From the human T2T-CHM13v2.0 reference genome, Homo sapiens: a stretch of DNA of 64,000 nt. The notes under the pieces were generated by a model. The model was not told the origin of the DNA. It ran no database searches and saw only the letters and a program-made list of their open reading frames with translations. Of the stretch, positions 1-12,166 are shown piece by piece. The stretch lies in assembly GCF_009914755.1 (NCBI RefSeq), contig NC_060944.1. The stretch is one strand, 5' to 3'. The position numbers and the translations under genes are program-made. Numbering within the stretch: position 1 is the stretch's first letter; each line of letters starts with the position of its first letter.

Positions 1-587
1 AGTAGCTGGAACTTTTCTGTCCCATGCATAGACTGTGAAAGAGCAATATAGCCAAGAAACCTTATAGAAGCATGGTTTCCAAATGGACCATGCTGGTTGC
101 GAACTCCTGAGGGAGGGAGGCCAGAGGAAGGCAAGACGAGCTATGACCTATACCCTCTAAAGGGGATCAGTGCCAGCTCAAGCTAGTTATGCATATGTTT
201 ATGTGTATACTTATACATATATGCATGTAATATACACATATATGTAAATGTGTTATACTTTTAGTGTACACCATTATGGCCATACCATTCACAGCTTTTA
301 CCTGCTTTGCTTGACCAAGGACCATGCAGTGCCAGTTGTTAAAATTTGTGTATACACATATAGAGAATAATTAGCTATGTTACTATATACTTACATATGA
401 GTATATACATTGTATTACACTATATTATACAACATTATATTATTTCATATTGTACATATGTAAACATGTCCTATGTCGTTCCAAATGTCAGACTATGGCC
501 AAAGGGCTTGACCAACTCTGGACCACCCAACAAAAAATTCCAGTTTTTTGTTGAGTAAGCAATAAATGTCCTTATGGTTTATACTTG

Positions 588-747
588 TGCTATTCAAAGT
601 GTGGTTCTTGGATCAGCTGCATTGATATTCCCTGGGAGCCTGTTAGAAATGCACACTCTTAGGCTCCACACCAGACCTGTTGAATCAGAATCACCGTCTT
701 AACAATCATCCCAGGTCATGCATGTGCACATTAAAATATGAGAAGTG
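588..747. mobile_element. MER5-family (MER5A/B) hAT DNA transposon fossil
   Basis: Motifs tcaaagtgtggttc...cctgggagcctgttagaaatgca...cagacctgttgaatcagaatc...gagaagtg match MER5; an Alu is inserted at its end. Confidence 0.8.
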
Positions 748-1049
<302 letters not shown>

Positions 1050-1256
1050 TTAAGTAGACTAAGCCTTGTTCTTTTATTTGGGGCCTTTTCTGATGCTGTT
1101 CCTTTTCCCTGAAAACACTTATCTAGCATGCTTTGCTTTGTGCCGGAATCTAGATGCTGCAAGTTCACTCCCACTGTTGAAGGGTTTGTCTAGTGGGCCT
1201 CTTGACTTGCAAGTCAGTGCTTTTTCTTTTATTCTTAGGTAAGTATTGCAGCTCTT

Positions 1257-1818
1257 TGTGTTGGTTATCTATTACTGTGTAACAGATTACCCCCGAAATG
1301 TAGCAGCTTAAAATAACACATATTTATTATCTCATATTTATTATGGGTCAGGGATCTGGGCGCCTCTTAGTTGGGTTGTCTGCTTCATGGTCTTTCCTGA
1401 GACTGCAGTCAAGGTGTTAGCCAGAGATGGGGTCTCTTCTGAAGGCTCAGCTGGGAAGGCCCCCTTCCAAGCTCAGTCCCATGGCTTTTGGCAGGAGTCA
1501 GTTCCTCAAGACTTGTGACACTAAGGCCTCATTTCTTCACTGTCTGGCTGGTTGCTGTCCAGAAGCCACCTTCAGTTTCTTGCTAGGTGAACCCCTGCAA
1601 CATGGTAGCTTGTTTTATAAAAGTCAGCAAGGGAGAGAGTCAGTCAGCAAATGGAAGTTACAGCTTTTTAAATCAAATCGCAACAGTCAGTCATGTCTCT
1701 TTAGTGCTGTCATATTCTATTGGTAGAAGCGAGTTACTGTATGAGGGGGAATCACACAATGCTGTGAATACCAGGAAGCAGGTATCATTGAGGCCATCCT
1801 AGAGTCTGTCTGCCACAC
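1257..1818 (-). mobile_element. MaLR solo LTR (MLT1E/F-like)
   Basis: tgtgttggttatctattactgtgtaacagattaccc...gaggccatcctagagtctgtctgccaca; TG...CA ends and MLT1 motifs. Confidence 0.8.
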
Positions 1819-1819
1819 C

Positions 1820-2280
1820 TCTCTGTGTCTCAGTTTTCTTATTTACAAAATGGAGAAATAATAAAACCCACTTTATAAAGATTGAATTAAATGTGTGGTT
1901 TAAATGAGATGATTTCTCCTAAAGCCCTTTGAATTGTTCCTGGCCTGTACTGTGTTCAAAAATGTTAGTTGTGCTGCTCTTGTTATATTTGGCGTTTTTA
2001 GTAGCACCCTGCTGATTACTATTATTGTTGTTAATGACAATAATTACACAGATAAAGAGCTCAGTAGATATATATGCAAGATATTATGCCAAATATTTTA
2101 CATGTGCTTTCAAATTTAACCTTAATGACAACCATGTGAGGTGATGGCTAATTTATTAATTTCACCCTTCCTATAATTGACTAAACCAGTGTTCATAAAC
2201 AACAAAACCAGAAGATTGCCCAAGATCATACTGCTTATAAATGGCTAAGTTAGGATTAAAATCCGTATTATTGGTCTCTA
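1820..2280. mobile_element. Two MIR fragments in opposite orientation
   Basis: MIR core ctctgtgtctcagttttcttatttacaaaatgg (+), then a degenerate reverse MIR (ttgcccaagatcatactgct). Confidence 0.7.
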
Positions 2281-2469
2281 GATTTAGACTTTTTTTAACC
2301 ATTATGTATTAGCTTATGTTTAATATGGACATTTTCTCACTGTCTTGTAAGATTTTTTTTTTGCCATTACTTAGGAGTCCTTGACATAGGCAACAAGGAA
2401 TAGAAGTGTGATAGTCCTACCAGTTAATGACTGACATGCTAAACTTTAAGGGGAAAGACATTATATAGG

Positions 2470-2910
2470 TGCTATGGTTTGAATGGGTCCCCCAAAGGTC
2501 ATATGTTAGAAACTTATTTGTTAATGCAACAATAGTAAGAGGTGGGGCATTTAAAAGGTGATTGAGTAATGAGGGCACACCTCTCAAATATGGATTAATG
2601 CCATTATCAAAGGAGTGATTTCTAGAGAAGTTAATCTCAAGATTAAATCTTGAGATTAATGCCATTATTTAACGAGTGAGTTAGTTTTCAAAAGTGGGTT
2701 GTTGTAAAAGTGAGGTTGGCTCACTTTTGCAATATTTTTCACAAGCACTCACTTGCTCTTCTGCTTTTCCACCACGTTATGATGTAGTATGAGGCTCTCA
2801 CCAGAAGCTGCTGCCATGTCCTTGAACTTCCCAGCCTCCAGAACCATGAGCCAAGTAAACCTCTTTTCTTTACAAACTACCTAGTCTCTGGTATTATATT
2901 ACAGTAACAG
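2470..2910 (+). mobile_element. MaLR solo LTR (MSTD/MSTB-like)
   Basis: tgctatggtttgaatg...cttgaacttcccagcctccagaaccatgagccaagtaaacctcttttc. Confidence 0.85.
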
Positions 2911-3003
2911 TATCTTTCCCCCATTTTTGGGGAAAGATAAGTTTCTTTCTTAAATAAATGTGAAAATTCATTATTTGTTTCTTCCCCTTACACTGTGGGA
3001 TGC

Positions 3004-3365
3004 TGTTATGGTCTGAATATATGTGTCCCCCAAAATTTATATGTTGGAACCTATTTACCCAATGTGATAGTATTGAGAGGTAGGGACTTTAGTAGGTGGT
3101 TGGGTTATGAGGGTGGAGGCCTCATGAATGGGATTAGTGCCCTTGTAAAAGAGGCTTGAAGGAGCCTCCTCAGTCTACCCTTCTACTATGTGAGGATATA
3201 GCTAGAAGGTACCATCTTTGAAGGAGAGAGAGCCAGTCCTTGGCAGACACTGAGTCTTCTGGCACCTTGATCTTCCCAGCCTCCAGAAATGTGAGCAATA
3301 AATTTCTGTTGTTTATAAATCACCCAGTTTAAGGTATTTTGTTATAGCAGCCCTCATGGTTTGAG
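3004..3365 (+). mobile_element. MaLR solo LTR (MLT1A-like)
   Basis: tgttatggtctgaatatatgtgtccccc...cagcctccagaaatgtgagcaataaatttctgttgtttataa...gttatagcagcc. Confidence 0.85.
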
Positions 3366-3498
3366 TTAGGCACCTACAATGTAAGAGGCATCCCTAAGCA
3401 TCAGTCCTTGAGTATAAAGCATTATCCTTGTTCTTCCTCAGTGTCCAGTCTTATGACTATGCTGTCCACTACCCGTTGGGCTGCCTGAGATAGAGATA

Positions 3499-4285
3499 TG
3501 TAGTTGTCCTCAACATCCATCATTCCCTTGATCCTTTACTAATAAGGCCCGTAATTGTATTTGGAAACATGGTGGCCCAGCTGAAGACTGCATTTTTCAG
3601 CCTCTTTTGAGCTGGAGCTGGGCAACAGAATGTGAGAAGAAGTGATAATCAGATCTTTAAAGGGTGAAGGCATTTCCTCTAGTCTTCTGTCTTTGAGCTG
3701 CCCTTTCTTCCTCTTTATGTAATGTGGCTGGGACTGATTTCATCCTTGCTCCAGGGGCCTGCAGCCTGGTCAATCAGATCATCAGCTTCTTCCTGGTCAT
3801 TGTGATGTGCCCATATCACATCCACCCAGGCCTGACCAATTGAGTATCCCATTTCTCCCTGTCTCAGTGACTGGTTCAGGGGTATGTGTAGATGACCCCA
3901 AATCTAGGCCAGTGGAACACAACTTTGGAACTTTCATCACGATATTGGAAAGAGAAAAGTGGCTACCTTCCTGCTGAGCCTACAGTGGTTGGACTATGTA
4001 TAACCCAAGAACTGCTGGGTACACCATATGGCTAGAATGTGGCTGAGAGGGAAGGTGATATTGATGAAAACAGAACTACGAGAGGGACTGAAAGAGATCT
4101 CACACTATTGTCTGAGGCTCCCCCTTCATCCCTGCCAAAGCCCCGTGTACACTGGGACTTGTCATTTTTGTGAGATAATAATTTCCATGCCCTTAAAAGT
4201 AACTTTTAAAAGCATTTATTTATTTATTTATTTATTTTAAGTAAACCAGTTTAAATGGAAGTGCAGTCCCTTGAATCTGAAAAAA
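3499..4285 (+). mobile_element. Old MaLR LTR pieces (MLT1J/K-like)
   Basis: ggcccagctgaagactgcatttttcagcctc and cagtgactggttcaggg...atgacccca motifs. Confidence 0.6.
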
Positions 4286-4644
4286 AATTGCTTTCTGATA
4301 TCATAATAGTTCTTACACTTTGTGATTGGGGATTGTTGGGAAAATTAAATGAGATGATTCATGCGAAACCCTTAGCACAGTGCCAAGATAGTGTCTGATT
4401 AATGCTGGCTATTCTCGTTCTTACTAGTGGAAAGAGAAAATGTAGACTCATGTTATGTTTTGGGCATTGAAACTTACTTTAAAAGGGTTTATGATGACTA
4501 CATAGATTTGTAGACCTGCCACCACCAATTCATAGACCAGCTACATCGGTGGACCCCTGTTTTTCAGGGCTTTTGCTATGGGGGACATACAGAGAGGCAA
4601 GTTACAGACCTACCCTGAGGCTGTTATAGGGGAGGCAGGGGGAA

Positions 4645-4860
4645 GCCGTGGCTAACAGCATGGATCCTGGAGCCATATAAGCTCCAGATTCTCCTTCCGT
4701 CACTCATTAGCTGTATGACTTAAGTCAGCAAATTTCACCTCTAGGCCTCTGTTTCCTCTTCTGTGAGATAAAGATGATACCTGTTTGAAGTTAAAGAGGT
4801 GAATGTGTGTGTTAATGAGCCCAGTGTCTGGTACTGAGAAAGTTGTCAATTAATGGAAGC
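4645..4860 (+). mobile_element. MIR
   Basis: cactcattagctgtatgactta...gcctctgtttcctcttctgtga MIR core. Confidence 0.75.
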
Positions 4861-5134
4861 CATCACTTCCCATAAAAGTTTTTAAAATATAATCGATCAT
4901 ATTATATTACCTAGTAATATAAATTCCTAACTTGCAAACTGTCTTGTAACAAAAATCTTATCTGTATGTTTTTCATTTTATCTCTAGATCCCAGCTCAGT
5001 GCTTGGCATAGAATAAAATATGATTAAAGTTTTCTGTATGAATCTTTTTTCTTTATCAAATCCTTTTTGACTCAAGGACTACAGATTACGTCCTGACTGG
5101 GTGCCCTGAATCCAGCCCTGCCCCCTCTTTGGCC

Positions 5135-5612
5135 CGTTCACTGTGAATTCATCTGTGAGCACTTGGTCACTGAGTGCCCACTAGGGGCCAGGCACATAGA
5201 CAAGCGGACAAGATAGTCACCAGCAGCCGACAAGACAGTCAAGGAATCCATCTTTGTGGGGCTCGGAGTCTAGTAAAAAAGATGGATGAACAAATGAATA
5301 TGTATTATAGTAGCAGGAAGGGATGAGGACTCTGGAGAAACATAGACCAAGATACAGGATAGAAAGTGGCAGTGGATGTTTCTTTAGATCAATTCTTCAG
5401 AGAAGACTTACTGGAAGAGGGGACATTTGAGCAGAAATCTGAATGAAATGACTGGGTGAATGAAACAATGTGGTCTGCTGGAGGTGGGGGGTGGGAAGGC
5501 AAAGCAAATGCAAAGACCCTGGGGTTGAAGCTTGCTTGCCTTGTTCAAGGAACGGCGAGGGGCCAGTGTAACTGAGCTTAGTGAGTGTGGTTGGGGAGAT
5601 GACGTCAAAAAG
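5135..5612 (-). mobile_element. L2 3' fragment
   Basis: tgagtgcccactaggggccaggcac...ggacatttgagcagaaatctgaatga...aaatgcaaagaccctg, typical antisense L2. Confidence 0.75.
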
Positions 5613-5754
5613 GCAATTCTTAATATTTTAGAAATGTGTTTTTAAAATCCTGCATTTAATTTTCACATTAGTAATCACATCACATCAGTAGTCACAGCTT
5701 TCTGTGACTTCCAATTGCTCTTCAAATAAAGTCTTGCATGGATTTAAAAAAATT

Positions 5755-6325
5755 CTTTATTGTTAATTTTTAATTTTTGTGGGCACATAGAGTTGTATAT
5801 ATTTATAGGGTACATGAGATGTTTGGATACAGGCATGCAATGTGAAATAAACATGTCATGGAGAATGCGGTATCTATCCATCCTCCCAAGCATTTATCCA
5901 TTGAGTTGCAAACAATCCGATTATACTATTTATTTTAAAATGTACAGTTATTATTGACTGTAGTCTGTTGTGCTATCAAATAGTACATCTTATTAATTCT
6001 TTCTAACTATTTTTTGTGCCCATTAACCATCTCCACCTCCCCCACAGCTCCCTACCTCCCTTCCCAGCCTCTGGTAACCATCCTTCTACTCTATATGTCC
6101 ATGAGTTCAATTGTATTGACTTTTGGATCCCACAGATAAGTGAGAACATGTGATGTTTGTCTTTCTGTGCCTGGTTTATGTAACTTAGTGATCTTCAGTT
6201 CCATCCATGTTGTTGCAGATGACTGGATCTCATTCTTTTTTATGGCTGAATAGTACTCCATTGTGTATATGGACGGTATTTTCTTTATCCACTTACTCGT
6301 TGATGGATGAACACGTAGGTTGCAT
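5755..6325 (-). mobile_element. L1 3' end (L1MA-type)
   Basis: gggtacatgagatgtttggatacaggcatgcaatgtgaaataa...ttcccagcctctggtaaccatcc...atggctgaatagtactccattgtg. Confidence 0.9.
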
Positions 6326-6409
6326 GGATTTAGAACCTCTGTGTAGCCTCTACCAGACTCACTTTCTTATTGGTTCAGCAATGCTGGTTTTGAAAGTTTT
6401 GCAGAAAAG

Positions 6410-6772
6410 AACCCATCTCCATGCTGCTTCAGGGCCGTGTACATGCTGTTCTGACATTCTTTTCTTTTCCTTGACCATCCAACACCCACTCCTCTGATAT
6501 GTCCTCAGAGAGCCTCCCTTGACCCTTGTCCTGAGATTTGGTCAGGTTTGGTTTTGAAACATTTTCAAGAATTTTGTTTTTCTTCCTTGAGGCACTTTTA
6601 ACCACTGCAAATAGCTAATAAATTGAGCACTTGATTTAATGCCTACCCCTTCGGATAGTTTGTAAGCTTTCCAAGATCAGACTTCCTGTATAGATTATTT
6701 AGCAGTGTCCTGGGGTCTTGGGAAAGTTTTAACAAATAGCACTCAAGAAGTGGTCATTTATGGAATGAATGG
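6410..6772 (+). mobile_element. L2 3' end
   Basis: cttcagggccgtgtacatgctgtt...tgtaagcttt...ggaatgaatgga tail. Confidence 0.6.
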
Positions 6773-6802
6773 ATAGGCATTCTGAGGCAGGACCCTTCTC
6801 TA

Positions 6803-8140
6803 CCACCTGCACCTACCTCACTCACCTGCACCTACTTGCACCCACCTTCACTCACCTGCACCTACCTGCACCCACCCTCACTCACCAGTACCTACCTGCA
6901 CCCACCCTCACTCACCTGAACCTACCTGCACCCCCCCTCACTCACCAGTACCTACCTGCACCCACCTTCACTCACCTGAACCTACCTGCACCCACCTTCA
7001 CTCACCAGTATGTACCTGCATCCACCCCTGCTCACCAGTACCTACCTGCACCCACCTTCACTCACCTGTACCTACCTGCACCCACCTTCACTCACCAGTA
7101 CCTACCTGTGTCCACCCTTGCTCACCAGTACCTACCTGCACCCACCTTCACTCACCTGAACCTACCTGCACCCACCCTCATTCACCAGTACCTACCTGTG
7201 TCCACCCTTGCTCACCAGTACCTACTGCACCCACCTTCACTCACCTGCACCTACCTGCACCCACCTTCACTCACCTGTGCCTACCTGCACCTACCTTCAC
7301 TCACCTGTACCTACCTGTGCCCACCTTCACTCACCTATACCTACCTGCACCCACCTTCACTCACCTATACCTACCTGCACCCACCTTCACTCACCTGTGC
7401 CTACCTGCACCTACCTTCACTCACCTGTACCTACCCGCACCCACCTTCACTCACCTGTGCCTACCTGCGCCCACCTTCACTCACCTGTGCCTACCTGCGC
7501 CCACCTTCACTCACTTTTACCTACCTGCACCCACCTTCACTCACCTGTGCCTACCTGTGCCCACCTTCACTCACCTGTACCTACCTGCACCGACCTTCAC
7601 TCACCTGTGCCTACCTGTGCCCACCTTCACTCACCTGTGCCTACCTGCACCCACCTTCACTCACCTGTGCCTACCTGCACTTACCTTCACTCACCTGCAC
7701 CTACCTGTGCCTACTTTCACTCACCTGAACCTACCTGCACCCACCTTCACTCACCTGTACCTACCTGCACCCACCTTCACTCACCTGTGCCTACCTGCAC
7801 CCACCTTCACTCACCTGTGCCTACCTGCGCCCACCTTCACTCACCTGTGCCTACCTGCACTTACCTGCACCTACCTGCGCCTACCTTCACTCACCTGAAC
7901 CTACCTGCACCCACCTTCACTCACCTGTACCTACCTGCACCCACCTTCAGTCACCTGTGCCTACCTGCACCCACCTTCACTCACCTGTACCTACCTGCAC
8001 CCACCTTCAGTCACCTGTGCCTACCTGCGCCCACCTTCACTCACCTGTGCCTACCTGCGCCCACCTTCACTCACCTGTGCCTACCTGCGCTCACCTTCAC
8101 TCACCTGTGCCTACCTGCACCCACCTTTACTCGTCTGCAC
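6803..8140. repeat. 30-bp VNTR/minisatellite, about 44 units, consensus CCCACCTTCACTCACCTGTGCCTACCTGCA, built from three related 10-mers
   Basis: Direct 30-bp periodicity; 1-bp deletion near 7225 and a 20-bp extra segment near 7860. Confidence 0.98.
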
Positions 8141-10871
8141 ATGCATATGCCCATAATATACTGTCATAGAAAGTGAGTGTTATAGACAAGTTGGGGGTTA
8201 AAACATCCAGAGGCAGGAGCAGTGGGCCTTGATGGCCTGTAGGGAGGGGTCAAAGGAACATTTGAGAAAAGTTTCTGGAGGTGATGTGCTTGGAGATGAT
8301 ACTGGGAATCATCATCAACCTGTACTCTGGGACGTAGATGAGGATCTCTTGGATTAGGGGTGAGATGGAGCTAACGTTTTAAAAATATTAAGCTTAGGAG
8401 AATCTAAACAGTGAGAAAAAAGAGAAACTTTTTTCCCCAAAAATGCAACTGCATTGTATGGAGCAGGGAGAGAGAAGTCATGGGCCAACTGAAGCGACAA
8501 TCAGGAGGATGCACTGGGGGTGTTGTCACCGTGTTTTCTAACAGATTACAAAGCCTCCTTGCTAAAGAACTGACCTTTTAGTTTATACCTGAGTGACACA
8601 GGCAGCAGCATTTCCCATAATGAGAAGATGAATGGAAAAAGTATGTCTGAAGCCTTTCCTATCATGTTTAATGAGAGATGAGTTTTTCTCTACAATTTCT
8701 TAATGAAATGCTTCAAACATGACTTTTAAATTGAAAGGAAAACCTTATCATTTTGTGTACTCCTGCGGCTCTGCATCCCCTGAGCTGGGATGAGTCAACA
8801 GAAATTGTAACACGACAAGGAAGAAGTTTCCACGAGGACGCCTCCCTGCAGGTTTGTGCTTACTTTCCCTGATGAAATGATGGCGTCTCCTGTTTCCTCA
8901 CGCTTGCAGTGTTCACGTTGTTTCCATCGCCTTGAGAGATGCTCCACACTGGTTACATCACTCCTTGGCTGTCATCATCTGTCCGTCTTTGGGGGAAATG
9001 ACAGAGTGAGGTTTAGAAAGAAATATGTCTGAAAGGATCACATACTAAATGGTCCAAGAAGAATATCAGTATTTTTAAATGATCCAAAATCATGGGCTAT
9101 TGGACCTTCTGGATATGTGGTCACTCTTTTCATATAAAGGGGAACCATCAGAAGAGTATCCGATGCCTAAAATATTTGCTTTTTCATGTGAAATTATCTA
9201 AAGACAAATTGACCAAACAAAACAAAACAAAACAAAAACTCTCCCTCTTATCTGGATTTCATTAAAATAAAGTAAGACTAAAGGTATTTTTTACTTTTTT
9301 GTCTGCGTCTGTTCTCAATTAACCTCATAAACACTTCATAAATCTTGCATCAGGGTAATATAACACTGTACAGTGCATTTTAACTGGAATATTTTGTTTT
9401 CTGAGTGCTGTGGAAGGTGGAAACCGCTGAGCCCTGGCTGGGGCAGAGCCTGCCAGGCCACATTCTGGAGTTTCTGGAGCATCGCAGGTGAATTCTTTGT
9501 CCTGTGTTGGTGCAGAGAAGGGGTTTCAAAGTCACGTGGAGTTACTTCCAGCTCTGACTTCTTGCTTTTCTAAATTTTCTTGGTCCTGTGAAATAAAAAT
9601 GAGCTTTCTTAAGATTCATTTTTTATTTCCCTCCAGTGAAAATGTCTCTTATTTCCTCTCATTCTCCTCCTCCCTTCCCCACATACCAAGACACTTAATT
9701 GAGGGTTTAAGCTTGTTGGCTAATAGCTAATCAATGTTTTCTTTGACTTGGGAATATGGATAATGTGTTTATACTATTTGTAACCTACTTTTTCCTAAAG
9801 GGAAATGAGGTAGTACACACACACAAAAGCAGCAAGAAATGTAAAACAATAAAAATGGAAATTTGGGGTCAGGGAAGGTAGAAATTAAAGTACAAAATAA
9901 AAAATGAATAACAAAATAATCCAGTAAGTATATCACCAAGCTTGACTACTATCAAGCTTCATAGTTTTCTCTGAGCTTCCTGCTAGCCAAGAGAAAAGGG
10001 GATGAATGGAACAACTGGTTCCATAATTCTCATTTTCTCAAAGAAAATCCAAAGTATTTCTAATCCTTTTGACGAAGAATATTTTATAAACCTGAATTTT
10101 GAGCAGCACCTCACACAGGGGCAAGGGGAATAGCTGAATTAAACATCAAACAGAATGGTGATTTTCATGGGATAGTACTTGGTAGCATTGTTCAAGAAAA
10201 TCCAAGCACGTGACATTAAAACAACTCAGTGAGGAGGACTCCATGCAGACATTGTGGTCCAAGAACAAGGCATATTGGTAGAGGGAATAATTAGGAGAAT
10301 CTGATATACAGCATGGTTACATAGGGAAATGTCATATTACTTCTACAGAGACTGTCCCTTGTGGTGACTGACAAAAGACATAATGAAAACCGTCTGTTTA
10401 GATGGGGAAAATGTAGGTGGAGCTACTGCATTCTCACCTGGGAACACTGAGCTCACATGTGACTCATAGGGACACATCTAACCTCTTGAGTAGATTAATG
10501 GCTTAGTTGACAGGGACTGCTTAATTTAAGAGTGATATCGTGGGGGTTGCCCAGGCAGAGTACTACATGTCTGGCTGTGATTGAGACTAGGCCTCTCAGG
10601 CAGAGCTTTTAATATGCCTTTGACAGAATGTTACACCTTGTCATGCCTCAATCTTTTTAATCGTTGCTAATGATGATAATAAAAATAATGGCAATATTCA
10701 AGGCAGAGGCGAACAAAGAAAAGGCAATGACTCGTAGAGTGGATTGAGGTGTTGTGGAAAGAAAGCCCAGGCTGGAAATGTGGGGGCTACTTCTGGCATT
10801 GGCTTAAGCATGGTATATACAGGTGATTCTTTTACGTCTCCCATTTTTCTAATTTGCAAGAGAGGCTATTG

Positions 10872-11103
10872 TAGTGGTTCTCCAACTGTCAGCTTTTGGC
10901 CAGCAGCATTGGTATCAGCAGGGAACAAAATAAAAAATGCAAATTCCTGGGCCCCAGACCTACTGAGTCATAAACTCTGGAAATGTCTCTCCGTGATTTG
11001 TTTCTTGATTACAGGTATGAGCCACCGCACCTGGCCTGAGCAGTTTGTTTCTTAACAAGCAGTCTCAGTGATTCTGATGTATGCTCAAGTTTAAGAACTA
11101 TTG
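10872..11103. mobile_element. MER5A containing a 30-bp Alu remnant (11007-11036)
   Basis: agtggttctc...aaatgcaaattcctgggccccagacctactgagtca...gtgattctgatgtatgctcaagtttaagaactattg. Confidence 0.85.
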
Positions 11104-11132
11104 GGCCTTTGAGTTAAGTCTCCTTCTATATG

Positions 11133-11714
11133 TGTGCTAGATTGATATAAAAATGGCCCCAATTCTCCATCCCTCTTTGTATCTATACCTTTTGCAAGCT
11201 ACTCCTGTTAGGAGGTAGAGATCTTGGATATTCTTGAATATTTGAAATTTGAATTCTTGAATATTCTCGAATATTGAACATTCTTGAATATTTACTGCTC
11301 TTGCATCTTGCTTTGGCCAATAGAATGTGGCAGAAGTGATGGGGTGCTGTTTCGAAGCTACTCAGTTCTCTTGCTCTTTGTTTCTGTTTCTGTCTCTCTT
11401 GCGCTCAATTTTTCAGAACCTTGTACAGTCCTGAGAATGAGCCTGGACCAACTTGCTAGAAGATGAGAATGGGTATGAAAGAGAGCTGAGTCCTTCCTAC
11501 ACAGGACATCGTAGACCAGCCACCTCCAGCCAGCCTGCTAGTTGACCAAGGTGCATAGGTCAGCTCTGCCTGATAGAAGTTGGGCCTTAGTCCAGAGGAC
11601 ATACTAAGCCAATCTACAGACTTGTAAACTAAAACAAATGGACATTGCTTTAAACCACTGAGTTCTGTGGTTGTTTGTGATATAGAATTATTATGGTAAT
11701 AGATAACTGGTACA
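11133..11714 (+). mobile_element. MaLR solo LTR (MLT1G/H-like)
   Basis: aaaatggccccaattctccatccc...ttgctttggccaatagaatgtggcagaagtgatg...aatagataactggtaca. Confidence 0.8.
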
Positions 11715-11868
11715 TGATGGAAATGCTACAATTCTGGAAATCTAAGTGTCCTGACCTTAGATTTGTGTTAGGAATCTCAAAATCACATAAAGCAATGTAA
11801 CTTTATTTTTCTTTAACCAAATGTGTTTTATCTTCTGAGCCCCTATTCTATTAGGAGGTGGGAAATTA

Positions 11869-12166
11869 TTTGTTTGTTTGTTTTTAAGACAAAGTCTTGC
11901 TCTGTCACCCAGGCTGGAGTGCAGTGGCACAATCACAGCTCACTGTAGTGTCAACCTCCTGGGCTCAAGCATTCTTCCACCTTAGCCTCCCAAGTAGCTG
12001 AGACTACAGATGCATGCTACCATGCCTGGCTAATTTTTAATTTTTTTTGTAGAGATGGGTCTCACTATGATGCTCAGGCTGTTCTCAAACTTCTGGGCTC
12101 AAGTGATCCTCCTTCCTTGGCATCCCAAAGAGCTGGGAATACAGGCATGAGCCACCATGACCTGCC
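11869..12166 (-). mobile_element. Alu (AluJ-like)
   Basis: Antisense Alu with AluJ diagnostics (cacagctcactgtag...ctcctgggctcaagc). Confidence 0.92.

Noticed and set aside
6769-8176. Long ORFs of 319, 322, 193 and 70 aa
   Set aside because: All are translations of the stop-free C-rich strand of the 30-bp VNTR in several frames; there is no promoter or splice context and no non-repetitive domain.
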